Of a stretch of 64,000 nucleotides of DNA, positions 41,250-55,189 are shown one piece after another. Under the pieces are notes generated by a model. It was not told the DNA's origin. It ran no database searches and saw nothing but the letters and a program-made list of their open reading frames with translations. Source of the DNA: an uncultured Solirubrobacteraceae bacterium (GTDB lineage Bacteria; Actinomycetota; Thermoleophilia; Solirubrobacterales; Solirubrobacteraceae). Each line of letters starts with the position of its first letter. Positions within the stretch are counted from its first letter, which is position 1. Made by a program: the position numbers and the translations under genes. The stretch spans positions 78,746-142,745 of the forward strand of contig CAVREV010000002.1 in the NCBI GenBank assembly GCA_963720215.1, written 5' to 3'.

Positions 41250-41666
41250 GTGACACTCCTCGTCCTCGACGAGCCCATCGGGAACCCGCGCCTCTTGGCA
41301 GGGCTCAAGGACCGGGGAATAGGCGCGGAGACCGTCGGGGACTTCGGCGTCACGGGCCGAACCGATCCCGATGTTGTTCGCCGCATCGACGAGACCGTCA
41401 AGCAGGCGCCGTGGGTCCTCGTGACGATGGACCTAACGATTATTGAGGACCACGAGGGATTCACGTGGGAGCGATACGCGCTCGCGTGGGTGAGGGTGGC
41501 TCGCGGCATCAGGGGCGGGGCGGTGGAGAGGGAGAAGGCTGACATCGTCCACCGGTATGCCCACCTCATCCGCGAGCAGTCTCGCGGCCAGCACTTCACC
41601 TACTCCCGCAACCAGCGCAGTAAGCACCCGCCGAGCCTGTCCTCACAACTGCAGAGGCGCGACTAG
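41250..41666 (+). CDS. PIN-like toxin (VapC45-like)
   Basis: LVLDE..DPDVV..WVLVTMD; directly after the DUF433 gene. Confidence 0.7.
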   Translation: MTLLVLDEPIGNPRLLAGLKDRGIGAETVGDFGVTGRTDPDVVRRIDETVKQAPWVLVTMDLTIIEDHEGFTWERYALAWVRVARGIRGGAVEREKADIVHRYAHLIREQSRGQHFTYSRNQRSKHPPSLSSQLQRRD

Positions 41667-41739
41667 TTGTGGCCAATAGTGGCCAACGAGCTCCGAACTG
41701 GCCGGCTCACCCTCCAGGCCTGCGGGCCACCTGAACGAG

Positions 41740-41765
41740 AAAGCCCCCCGTGAGCGGGGCTTTTT
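41740..41765. terminator. Bidirectional intrinsic terminator
   Basis: AAAGCCCC-ccgtgagc-GGGGCTTTTT between the TA pair and the tRNA 3' end. Confidence 0.75.
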
Positions 41766-41769
41766 CGAG

Positions 41770-41842
41770 AGCGGCGGACGGGCTTCGAACCCGCGACCTC
41801 AAGCTTGGGAAGCTTGCGCTCTACCAACTGAGCTACCGCCGC
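41770..41842 (-). tRNA. tRNA-Gly(CCC), CCA not encoded
   Basis: GCGGCGG acceptor stem, D arm GCTC/GAGC, anticodon loop TTCCCAA, GGTTCGAAGCC T arm. Confidence 0.96.
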
Positions 41843-41946
41843 GCGCACTGCAAATACCCCGCGAGCCGTCGGCGAGGGCCCTGAGCTTAGCCTGCTCACC
41901 CGGCCCGAGGCGCATCGCCTGGCGCTTCGGCGATAATGGGCCCTCC

Positions 41947-42273
41947 GTGAGCCAACCCGAGTTCGCCCATCTCGACAACCACCATCGCCGCACGGCAGAG
42001 GCCATCCTCTCCCATCCGGTCAGCCACAACATCGAGTGGCGTGACGTGCTCTCCCTGCTGCAGGTGATCGGCGAGGTGAGCGAGGAGCACAACGGCAAGA
42101 TCAAGGTCCGCATCGCCGGCGAGACCGAGACGCTCCACCGACCGAGTGGCAAGGATGTCGGCGAGCAGATGGCCGTCGACCTCAGACACATGCTCGGACA
42201 GGCCGGTATCACCGCCGAGGAGCTACGCAAACGGGGTGACGCGCGCCCGGCCGGCCCCGACGCCCAGGTCTAG
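41947..42273 (+). CDS. HicA-like hypothetical protein
   Basis: HPVSHNIEWRDVLSLL..LHRP..LRHML. Confidence 0.65.
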   Translation: MSQPEFAHLDNHHRRTAEAILSHPVSHNIEWRDVLSLLQVIGEVSEEHNGKIKVRIAGETETLHRPSGKDVGEQMAVDLRHMLGQAGITAEELRKRGDARPAGPDAQV

Positions 42274-42428
42274 ACACCGTCGGCCGGCCCTTCGCGAAGC
42301 GCTCGGCCCCAGCGGGTGCAGGCGCCGCGGCTGCCCCGTGGCGGGGGCCGCCGCACCCCGCCCGGGCTGGCAGAGGCCCGGCGGGACTGAAGATTGAGGG
42401 GCTTCGCGCCGATTAAGGGGATGTCCGT

Positions 42429-42821
42429 ATGGACCGCGACGACGCTACATGGACGACGTTCCTCCTCGCTGAGCATCGCTCAAAGGGCGAGTACCTCGTG
42501 CATTCCGCACGGATGGTGGGCGACGAGGACGACTATGCCGTCTGGCGCCAGGGCCGCCGCGCGTGGACAGATGCGACGGCGGCGACGATCGAGGAGGTCT
42601 TCAGCGACGCCGTCGCCGCGGACTTCTGCCGCACGTGCGCGGACCCGCCTCTCGGCGAGATCTGGAAGCGGCAGTACGAACGGGAACTCAGGTCGATCGG
42701 GGCAGCGCTCCAGCGGCTCGCAGCGCTCTCGGAGGAGATCGAGAGGAGGGCCGAGATGGCAGAGCTCGGGACCTCCTCGCGCGCGGGCGTCCTCGTCGGA
42801 AGCCCCGCGGGCGGCGACTAG
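42429..42821 (+). CDS. Hypothetical protein
   Basis: Protein-like composition, upstream AAGGGG. Confidence 0.5.
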   Translation: MDRDDATWTTFLLAEHRSKGEYLVHSARMVGDEDDYAVWRQGRRAWTDATAATIEEVFSDAVAADFCRTCADPPLGEIWKRQYERELRSIGAALQRLAALSEEIERRAEMAELGTSSRAGVLVGSPAGGD

Positions 42822-42893
42822 CTCCCCCATCGAGCCCGCCCAGCGGCGGCTCGTTCGACCTCGGGCCGTCGCTCCGCTCTAACCTGAAGGGTC

Positions 42894-43442
42894 GTGCGGC
42901 GACGTGTCCTCCCCCTCCTCGTCACCCTCGCCGGCGTGGCACTCGTCGCGCTGCTCATCTACGGGGTCTCCACCCAGGCCGCCAGCCGAACCCTCGACGA
43001 GGCCCTCCAGCGTGGAGAACACCCGCTCGCTCCCGACGCCACCCGGATGCTCCCGAGGCTGTCCTCGCCCGGGTCCTCGTCGCTCGCCTCACTCCGCGGG
43101 GAGGTCGTCGTGCTGAACTTCTGGGCCTCCTGGTGCGAACCCTGCCAGTTCGAGGCGCCGCTCCTGGAGCGCGCCCAGGCCCGCCTCGCCGCCCACGGGG
43201 GGACGGTCCTGGGTGTGACCTACAAGGACCTCTCCAGCGAATCGGAAGCCTTCGTCCACCAATACCACATCACCTACCCGAGCCTCCGCGACAAGGACGG
43301 CTCGTTCGCCTCCAGCTACGGCACCGACCAGCTCCCGGAGAGCTTCGTCATCAACCGCCAGGGCCGCATCGTCGCGATCCACCGGGGCGAGATCGAAGAA
43401 GGCTTCCTCAGCCGTGCGGTCGCCCTCGCCGAGGCGACATGA
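42894..43442 (+). CDS. ccmG: TlpA/CcmG thiol-disulfide reductase
   Basis: LNFWASWCEPC, LPESFVI; adjacent to ccmH. Confidence 0.85.
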   Translation: MRRRVLPLLVTLAGVALVALLIYGVSTQAASRTLDEALQRGEHPLAPDATRMLPRLSSPGSSSLASLRGEVVVLNFWASWCEPCQFEAPLLERAQARLAAHGGTVLGVTYKDLSSESEAFVHQYHITYPSLRDKDGSFASSYGTDQLPESFVINRQGRIVAIHRGEIEEGFLSRAVALAEAT

Positions 43443-43906
43443 GGCGCCTCGCCGCCCTCCTCTTCGCCGCCCTCGCCACGCTGGCCCTCGCAGCGCCCGC
43501 CGCGCCGGCCGCGACCCCGCGCGTCTCCCTGCCCACGATCACCCGCGAGGTGATGTGTGTTACGTGCAAAATCCCCCTCGACGTAGCCGAGTCGCCCCAG
43601 GCCGATCGCGAGCGCGCCTACATCGCTAGCCTGATCGAAAAGGGCGAGGACGAATCCCAGATCAAGCGCGCCCTCGTGAGCCAATACGGCCCCAACGTCC
43701 TCGGCCTGCCGGGCACCCACGGCTTCGACCTCGCCGCCTACCTCGTCCCGCTGGCCGTCGTGATCGCCCTCGCCGGGCTGCTCGCCGTGCTCCTCCCCCG
43801 CTGGCGCCGCCAGGCCGCCCGCCGCGACCGGGCCGCGGCCCCGCCTCCGCTCAGCGCGGGCGATGCGGCGCGCCTGGACTCAGACCTGGCGCGCTTCGAC
43901 CGCTAG
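43439..43906 (+). CDS. ccmH: Cytochrome c biogenesis protein CcmH
   Basis: MCVTCK, LVSQYG.NVL..P, C-terminal TM. Confidence 0.85.
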   Translation: MRRLAALLFAALATLALAAPAAPAATPRVSLPTITREVMCVTCKIPLDVAESPQADRERAYIASLIEKGEDESQIKRALVSQYGPNVLGLPGTHGFDLAAYLVPLAVVIALAGLLAVLLPRWRRQAARRDRAAAPPPLSAGDAARLDSDLARFDR

Positions 43907-43917
43907 CCCGGCCCGCG

Positions 43918-45600
43918 CTACATCTCCTCGGGCGCGCTCACACCGAGCAGCTCCAGGGAGCGCGCGATCGTTCCCCGGGTGGCCACGCAGAGCGCGATCC
44001 GAAAGGACTCGAGCTGAGCCGGCTCGGCACCCACCACACGGCAGTCTCGGTAGAACGCCGTGAAGCCCTGTGCGAGCTCGAGCGCATAGGCCACCAAGCG
44101 GTGCGGCGCCCGCCGGGCAACCGCCTCGGCGAGCTCGTCGGGGAAGGCGAGCAGCAACTCGATGAGCGCCCGCTCGGAGGGGTCCCGCTGCTGATCCTCC
44201 CAGCTCCCTCCCCCGGCTTCGCCGACCGCCGCCGCGACCCGCACCTCGCCCGCGCGCGCGAGCATCGAGGCGATCCTCGCGTGTGCGTACTGGACGTAGT
44301 AGACCGGGTTCTCGTTGGACTGCCGGCGGGCGAGATCGAGGTCGAGGTCGACGGTCGTGTCGTGCGAGCGCGCGAGCAGATACCAGCGTGAGGCGTCCAC
44401 CCCGATCTCCTCGACGAGCTCGTCGAGTGAGACGAACTCACCAGCCCGCTTGGACATCTGCGCCCGCTCTCCCGAACGGACCAGGTGAACGAGCTGCATG
44501 ATCAGCAACTCGAGCTTTTCGGGGTCCCCGCCGAGCGCCGCGTAGGCCGCCTTCATCCGGGCGGTGTAGCCATGGTGGTCAGCCCCCCAGACGTTGATCT
44601 GACGTTCCAGCCCCCGCTCCCGTCGGTTCTCGTGGTAGGCGATGTCGGAGGCGAAGTAGGTGTGCTCCCCGTTGGAGCGCACCAGCACCCGATCCTTGTC
44701 GTCGCCGAACTCGCTGCTCGCCAGCCACAGCGCACCGTCCTTCTCATAGGTCCGACCCTGCTCCCGGAGCAGCTCGAGCGCATGCTCGACCGGGCTCGGC
44801 CGCCCCTCGTGGAGCGAGCTCTCGAAGAACCACCCGTCGAACGGCTCGACGCGGAAGCGCGCCAGCGAGGCGACTATCTGCTCCAGCATGATCCCCACCG
44901 CGGCCCTCCCGACGTCCGCGGCCTCTCCCTCGGCGGCGCCCTCGATCGTCGCGGCGAGCTCCGCCACGTACTCCCCGTGGTAGCCATCCTCGGGCAGCTG
45001 CCCCCCGCGCGCGAGCGCCTGGATCGACTCCCCGAACTTGCCCACCTGCGAGCCCGCGTCGTTGACGTAGAACTCCCTCGAGACGCGATCGCCGTGGAAC
45101 TCCAGCATCCGCGCGAGCGTGTCCCCGTAGGCGGCGTTCCGTGCGTGACCGACATGCAGCGGCCCGGTCGGGTTGGCCGAGACGAATTCCACCAGAACGG
45201 CCTCGGCCGGCGCCGCCCCGCCCGCGCCGAAGCGCTCGTCGAGGGCGAGCACATCGCCGAGCGCCCGCGCCAGCCAGCGGTCGGCGAGGAACAGGTTCAG
45301 GAACCCCGGCCCGGCGACCTCGAAGCGCTCCAGGGCCTCGCCGAGGCGCCCCTCCAGTACCACGCCGAGGCGCTCGGCGACCTCCCGCGGGGGTTCCCCC
45401 AGCACCCGCGCGAGCAGCAGCGGGGCATTCGTCGAGTAGTCCCCGAACTGAGTCCGCCGGGGACGCTCCAGCGTGATCGCCTCCGCCTCCCCCCCACCGC
45501 CTTCCCGAGAGAGCTCCGCGGCGGCCGCGAGGACGTTGGCCCGGAGCGCCACGAGCGGTGTCGCTCCAGGCTCGAGCTGGTCGGAAGGGTCTCCTGTCAT
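43918..45600 (-). CDS. argS: Arginine--tRNA ligase
   Basis: EFVSANPTGPLHVGH, WGADHHGY, MSKRAG, YVQYAHAR. Confidence 0.96.
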   Translation of the reverse strand: MTGDPSDQLEPGATPLVALRANVLAAAAELSREGGGGEAEAITLERPRRTQFGDYSTNAPLLLARVLGEPPREVAERLGVVLEGRLGEALERFEVAGPGFLNLFLADRWLARALGDVLALDERFGAGGAAPAEAVLVEFVSANPTGPLHVGHARNAAYGDTLARMLEFHGDRVSREFYVNDAGSQVGKFGESIQALARGGQLPEDGYHGEYVAELAATIEGAAEGEAADVGRAAVGIMLEQIVASLARFRVEPFDGWFFESSLHEGRPSPVEHALELLREQGRTYEKDGALWLASSEFGDDKDRVLVRSNGEHTYFASDIAYHENRRERGLERQINVWGADHHGYTARMKAAYAALGGDPEKLELLIMQLVHLVRSGERAQMSKRAGEFVSLDELVEEIGVDASRWYLLARSHDTTVDLDLDLARRQSNENPVYYVQYAHARIASMLARAGEVRVAAAVGEAGGGSWEDQQRDPSERALIELLLAFPDELAEAVARRAPHRLVAYALELAQGFTAFYRDCRVVGAEPAQLESFRIALCVATRGTIARSLELLGVSAPEEM

Positions 45601-45633
45601 GGGTCCGGGCGCGGTGATTGCGATACTAGCCGT

Positions 45634-45945
45634 GTGAACGACCAAGACCCAGGCGCCGAGCGCCACATAAACATCCACCTGTCCCCCGAGATCATGGGGG
45701 GCGTCTATGCGAACTTCGCCAACGTCAGCCACTCCGACTACGAGTTCACGGTCACCTTCGCCCGTGTCGATCACGAGGTCGAGTCCGAAGAGGTTCCCGG
45801 CGTGGTCGTCTCCCGCGTGAACCTCTCTCCGCGCTTCATGCGCGAGCTGATCGACGCGATGGAGGACAACTACTCGAAGTGGCGCACCCGTGAGGGAATC
45901 AAGAACCTCCCCGAGTACGGCGGGGAGGACCCCCCGGAGGGCTAG
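45634..45945 (+). CDS. DUF3467-like protein
   Basis: GVYANFANVSHSDYEFTVTF..SRVNLSP. Confidence 0.75.
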   Translation: MNDQDPGAERHINIHLSPEIMGGVYANFANVSHSDYEFTVTFARVDHEVESEEVPGVVVSRVNLSPRFMRELIDAMEDNYSKWRTREGIKNLPEYGGEDPPEG

Positions 45946-46136
45946 CCGCGACCGTCCCCCCGCCCGAGTGGCCGACGCGGGCGGCCCGCGCGCCGACCCG
46001 CTCGGCGTGGCGATCGGGGCGGCTCGAGGCCTCTACCCTGCGCGAGCCCTCCACCGCGTAGCCGGCGCGGTCGCCCGCTTGCACCCTCGGCCGCGGCGGA
46101 ACGGTCGAGGGCCGATGGTGTTCGTACCCTGCAACG

Positions 46137-46868
46137 ATGAAGGTCGCCGTCATCTCGGACATCCACGCCAACCGTCACGCCTTCGAGGCCACGCTCGAGG
46201 CGGTCGCCGCCAGCGATGCCGCCGAGGTCTGGTGCCTCGGTGACCTCGTGGGCTACGGCGCCGAGCCCGACGCATGCGTGGAGCTGGCCCGCGCCCACAC
46301 AGCCGTGTGCCTGGCGGGCAACCACGACCTCGCCGTCACGGGCGAGCTCTCCCTCGACGAGTTCTCCCGTGGTGCGAGCCTCGCCGCGGAGTGGACCCGC
46401 GAGGTGATGGCTGCGGAGAACATCGAGTTCCTCAAGGGCCTCAGCACGACCGGCGTCGAGGGCGACGTCGGTCTCTACCACGCGAGCCCTCGCGACCCCG
46501 TCTGGGAGTACGTCCTCTCGGCGCTCCTCGCGGAGCTCTGCCTCGACGCCCAGGACCACCGACTGTGCCTCATCGGCCACTCCCACGTGGCCCTCTCCTT
46601 CGTCCGCCACGAGGGCGAGCTGACGACGGGGGAGCCCCGCCGCGCGGGCACCGAGCTGGAGATCGGGGAGGGGGAGTGGCTGCTGAACCCGGGGAGCGTC
46701 GGCCAGCCACGCGACGGCGACCCCCGCGCCTCCTGGCTGCTGCTCGACCTCGAGGGGATGACAGCGTCGTACATGCGATCCGACTACGACGTCGCCGGGG
46801 CCGCCGCGGCGATTCGCGCCGCCCGCCTCCCGGACTCGCTCGCGGAGCGACTGGAGTACGGCCAGTGA
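46137..46868 (+). CDS. Metallophosphoesterase
   Basis: SDIHAN, GDLVGYG, GNHD, GHSH, NPGSVGQPRD. Confidence 0.92.
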   Translation: MKVAVISDIHANRHAFEATLEAVAASDAAEVWCLGDLVGYGAEPDACVELARAHTAVCLAGNHDLAVTGELSLDEFSRGASLAAEWTREVMAAENIEFLKGLSTTGVEGDVGLYHASPRDPVWEYVLSALLAELCLDAQDHRLCLIGHSHVALSFVRHEGELTTGEPRRAGTELEIGEGEWLLNPGSVGQPRDGDPRASWLLLDLEGMTASYMRSDYDVAGAAAAIRAARLPDSLAERLEYGQ

Positions 46869-47473
46869 GGGCGAGGACACTCGTCCGCGGACGCAGACCA
46901 GCCGTCCCGCTTCGCCTCATCGCCGGCCTGCTTCTCGGATTTGGCTGCGCGCTCCTCGTCTCCTGCGGGAGCTCCGGGAAGGGTCTCATCCCGCTTGCCG
47001 ACGCCGGACCCCTCCGCGGCGACTTCGAAGAAATCGCCCGCGCGGCCGAAGCCGGGAACGGAAGCTGCACGACGACGGAACTGGCGATCGCGAAGACCGA
47101 ACAGGACTTCACCGCGCTGCCACCCTCCGTCGACGCCGGCCTCCGCAACACCCTCCAGGTGGGCATCAAGAACCTCGCCAAGCACGCCAAGGAACTCTGC
47201 CTGCAGCCCCTCGCCGGCACCACCACCACCGGTACCACCGCGACGACCACCACCGCAACGACCACCACGACCACGGCGACCACCCAGACCACCACCGTCC
47301 CCCCCACCACGACCCCGACGACCACCGTCCAGACGACCACGACGCCGGCCACGAGCCCGCCGATCACCGGCGGGGGTACAGCGGCGCCCGGCCAGGAAGG
47401 CACCCCTTCCGGGAGCGAAACCAACAACGGCGGCGTCGGCGCCGGCAACGTCGGCGGGGAACCAGCCCGATGA
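46865..47473 (+). CDS. Lipoprotein with a Thr-rich tail
   Basis: LVSC lipobox, ACC-repeat poly-Thr; overlaps both neighbours by 4 nt. Confidence 0.7.
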   Translation: MRARTLVRGRRPAVPLRLIAGLLLGFGCALLVSCGSSGKGLIPLADAGPLRGDFEEIARAAEAGNGSCTTTELAIAKTEQDFTALPPSVDAGLRNTLQVGIKNLAKHAKELCLQPLAGTTTTGTTATTTTATTTTTTATTQTTTVPPTTTPTTTVQTTTTPATSPPITGGGTAAPGQEGTPSGSETNNGGVGAGNVGGEPAR

Positions 47474-48684
47474 CCGAGGTGGAGATCGCCGGACGCTACC
47501 GCCTCGACCGCCGCCTCGGCTACGGCGGGATGTCCACCGTCCACCTCGCCCTCGACGTCCGCCTCGAGCGTCAGGTAGCCGTCAAGCTGCTCGCGGAGCA
47601 CCTCGCCGACGAACCCTCATTCGTCAGCCGCTTCCAGCGTGAGGCGCAGGCCGCCGCGCGGCTCGTCCACCCGAACATCGTCCAGGTGTTCGACTCCGGT
47701 CGCGACGAACACACCGACCAGTACTTCATCGTGATGGAGTACATCGAGGGGGCCTCCGGCGCGGAGATCCTCCGCGACGAGAGCTGGGTCGAGGTCTCCG
47801 ATGCGCTCGCCATCATCGAACAGGCCTGCGAGGGCCTCAGCTACGCCCATCGCCACGGGGTCGTCCACCGAGACGTCAAGCCCGGCAACCTGCTCCGCTC
47901 GCGCGAAGGCGAGGTCAAGCTGGCGGACTTCGGCATCGCCAAGGCGACCGAGCAGTCGAGCATCACGCAGATCGGCTCCGTGCTCGGCACCGCCGCCTAC
48001 CTCGCCCCCGAGCAGGCCCGCGGTGAGGAGGCCGGCCCCGGCGCAGACCTCTACGCCCTCGGCGTCGTCACCTATCAGCTCATCTCCGGCCGTCTCCCCT
48101 ACGAGGCCACATCCCTCACCGAGCTCGCCCTCAAGCAGCAGAGCGAGGAACCCCCGACGCTCGACACCCTCGTCGCCGCCGTCCGACCCGAGCTCGGCGA
48201 CGCGGTCGCGATCGCTCTCGCGCTCGACCCTCGCGATCGCTACCAGAACGCCCGCGAGATGCGCCGCGCGCTCGCCGACGGCTTCCGCGGGATCGCCCCC
48301 GGTGAGCGCCCGCGAAGCCGTCCCCCGGAGCACCTCCCGACGCAGTCCACCACCGTGCTCGCCCCGCCCCCCCGCGGTGCCCCCGGCCTCAGCGAGCGTC
48401 CTGCTCAGGCCGTTCCCCAGCGCCGCCCCCGCCCGGGGCCCGCTCCCGTCCCCGCCGCCCCCGTCGCCGTCGCCGCGGCCGCGCCGTCGCCTGCTCCCCG
48501 CCGCCGAGGACGCCGCCTCCTGGCGGCCCTCGTCGCCCTCCTCGTCCTCGTGCTCGCGATCGTCGCCGTGGTCGTCCTCACCGCCCCCGAACCAACGGAG
48601 GTGGTCCTCCGCAACGTCGTCTACCAGGACGTCGGCCAGGCCTCACAGGCGCTCAAGCAGCTCGTCATCGACAACACCCAGTAG
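47470..48684 (+). CDS. Ser/Thr protein kinase with C-terminal TM
   Basis: GYGGMS, VAVK, HRDVKPGN, DFG, APE. Confidence 0.95.
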   Translation: MTEVEIAGRYRLDRRLGYGGMSTVHLALDVRLERQVAVKLLAEHLADEPSFVSRFQREAQAAARLVHPNIVQVFDSGRDEHTDQYFIVMEYIEGASGAEILRDESWVEVSDALAIIEQACEGLSYAHRHGVVHRDVKPGNLLRSREGEVKLADFGIAKATEQSSITQIGSVLGTAAYLAPEQARGEEAGPGADLYALGVVTYQLISGRLPYEATSLTELALKQQSEEPPTLDTLVAAVRPELGDAVAIALALDPRDRYQNAREMRRALADGFRGIAPGERPRSRPPEHLPTQSTTVLAPPPRGAPGLSERPAQAVPQRRPRPGPAPVPAAPVAVAAAAPSPAPRRRGRRLLAALVALLVLVLAIVAVVVLTAPEPTEVVLRNVVYQDVGQASQALKQLVIDNTQ

Positions 48685-48768
48685 CCCCACGCCAGGCCCC
48701 CCCGCTTCGCCCTCGCCCGCGCGCGGCGTCCCGGGGCCGATGCTTGCGGTGCGCCATCCTTGACCGAC

Positions 48769-49413
48769 ATGCTCGCCGAGATCGTCAACGTCGGCCACCT
48801 CGTCGAAGTGGCCGGCTATCCGCTCCTGTTCGCGCTCGTGATGGCCGAGGCCGGAGGCGTGCCGATCCCCGGTGAGACCGCCCTGATCACGGCGGCCGTC
48901 CTCGCCAGCCGAGGCAAACTCGACATCGCCCTCGTGATCCCCGTCGCGGCTCTCGCCGCGATCGTCGGCGACAACCTCGGCTACCTCATCGGCCGCAAGG
49001 GCGGCCGCTGGCTACTCGTGCGCCCGGGCCCGTTCCTCAACCAGCGCCACGAGGTGCTCGCCACGGGCGAGCCCTTCTTCGAACGCCACGGACCGAAGGC
49101 CGTGTTCTTCGGCCGCTTCCTCCTCGGCCTTCGCGTCTGGGCCTCCTGGCTCGCCGGAGCCACCCGCATGCACTGGCGCTCGTTCGTCATCTGGAACGCC
49201 CTCGGCGGGATCGCCTGGGCGACGGCCGTCGGCCTGATCGGCTACTACCTGGGCCACTCCGCCGGAAACGCAATCGAAACGTTCGGCCTGTTCGGCCTGT
49301 TCGCTCTCATCCTCGCGACGATCACCTTCTTCTTCCTCCACCGTCGCCACCGCCGCAGCCGCTCTCGCGCACCCCTTCCCTCGGGGGACGACGCGACGCC
49401 GTCGGGCGAGTAG
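48769..49413 (+). CDS. DedA family membrane protein
   Basis: PIPGET, GDNLGYLIGR, FFGRF. Confidence 0.9.
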   Translation: MLAEIVNVGHLVEVAGYPLLFALVMAEAGGVPIPGETALITAAVLASRGKLDIALVIPVAALAAIVGDNLGYLIGRKGGRWLLVRPGPFLNQRHEVLATGEPFFERHGPKAVFFGRFLLGLRVWASWLAGATRMHWRSFVIWNALGGIAWATAVGLIGYYLGHSAGNAIETFGLFGLFALILATITFFFLHRRHRRSRSRAPLPSGDDATPSGE

Positions 49414-49461
49414 CCGCCCTCTTGCTTCCTCAGGCGGGCTCGCCGAAGGGCGCGGGCGCGC

Positions 49462-49951
49462 TCAGCAGTCCGCGCCGCAGGGAGCGATCCGCTGCCACAT
49501 GTCGGCCAGCGCGTCGAGCTCGCCCTCGCTGAAATGGGAGAAGAAATGCTCCCTCACGACGGCGAGGTGGGTGCAGCGCGCCGCTTCCAGCCGCACGCGC
49601 CCGGCATCGGTCAGGCATGCGTAGGAGCCGCGGGCGTCGTGATCGCAGCTGCAACGCTCGAGCAGGCGATCCCGCTCGAGGCGGTCGACGAGACGCGTCA
49701 GCCCGCTCCGCGACAGCTGCGCGCTCTCCGCCAGATCGCACATCCGCATCCGTCCTTCGCTCGCCGCCCCGAGGTGCACGAGGACCTCGTAGGAGGTCAT
49801 CGGCAGACCATGCGCATGTTCCAGCTCGCTGTCCAGGCGCTTTGCCAGACAGGCATGCGCGCGCATCAGTCCTCGCCACGCCCGTTGCTCTCCCGGGCTC
49901 AAACACTCCTGCTCAGGAGACGAGATTCTTGACGGCGGTCGCGATTGACAT
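49462..49951 (-). CDS. MarR family regulator (N-terminal frameshift likely)
   Basis: SYEVLVHL, LSRSGLTRLVDRLE, DARG..LTDAG. Confidence 0.88.
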
Positions 49952-50022
49952 GGCGGTCCAGGGTGAAGATGCTGCTCAGCCGAACATAGCAGCGTCACGG
50001 CCCCGCTCATGAGAGAGCGCGC

Positions 50023-50412
50023 TCATCGACGCGTCGCCCACAGCGCCCACCACATCATCAGCGGCTGCAGCGGCAGCCGCGCCAGGAGCGCCCAACGGGG
50101 GATCTTCCGGAAGCGCTCCGGCGTCCTCGCCATGTAGAGGTTCGCGGGGAACACCGCAGCCAGGAGCGCCACCAGGCTCCACCCCGCGAGCCTCCTCGTC
50201 GGCCGCAGCAGCACCCCCGCTCCGCATGCGATCTCCGCGACGCCGCTCACGGCCACGACCTCCTTCGCCTTCCCCGCCAGCCGCGGCGGGACGATCGCTT
50301 CGTAGGCCCTCGGGTTGACGAAGTGGTTCACGCCGGTGGCGATGAAGGCGGCCCCGAGCACGAGCGGGCGCCCGCGCCCGCCCTCCCTCAGCTCCTCGCC
50401 CGTCGCGCTCAT
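50023..50412 (-). CDS. DoxX-like membrane protein
   Basis: GVNHF, SGVAE, VFPANLYMA, RLPLQ. Confidence 0.8.
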   Translation of the reverse strand: MSATGEELREGGRGRPLVLGAAFIATGVNHFVNPRAYEAIVPPRLAGKAKEVVAVSGVAEIACGAGVLLRPTRRLAGWSLVALLAAVFPANLYMARTPERFRKIPRWALLARLPLQPLMMWWALWATRR

Positions 50413-50422
50413 CCCCCGAAAT

Positions 50423-55030
<4,608 letters not shown>

Positions 55031-55189
55031 TCACGCCGAGACGAACGATGCCGGGCCGGGAACAAACCGCTCCCCTGCCCGGCGAGCCCGCCGCAGGCTA
55101 TCAGCGCCCCGAGCCCCCCCTCTGGGCCCGACCAACGGTTCCAACGATACAGAAGGCCTCGATCGCGCCGGCGAGGCCTCCCGGGGGGC

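Larger units (their letters stand above)
25105..41813. mobile_element. ~16.7 kb integrative element (phage-satellite-like) in tRNA-Gly(CCC)
   Basis: 44-bp direct repeats, tyrosine integrase, divergent HTH pair, replication genes, phage-type methylase and tape-measure-like gene. Confidence 0.92.

Noticed and set aside
25105-41813. Complete prophage, ICE or tailocin
   Set aside because: No head, TerL, tube/sheath, lysis, relaxase or conjugation genes recognised; a degraded-prophage origin is not excluded and is listed as the refuting alternative.
47215-47350. ACC/ACG trinucleotide repeat tract
   Set aside because: Simply encodes the poly-Thr linker of a lipoprotein.
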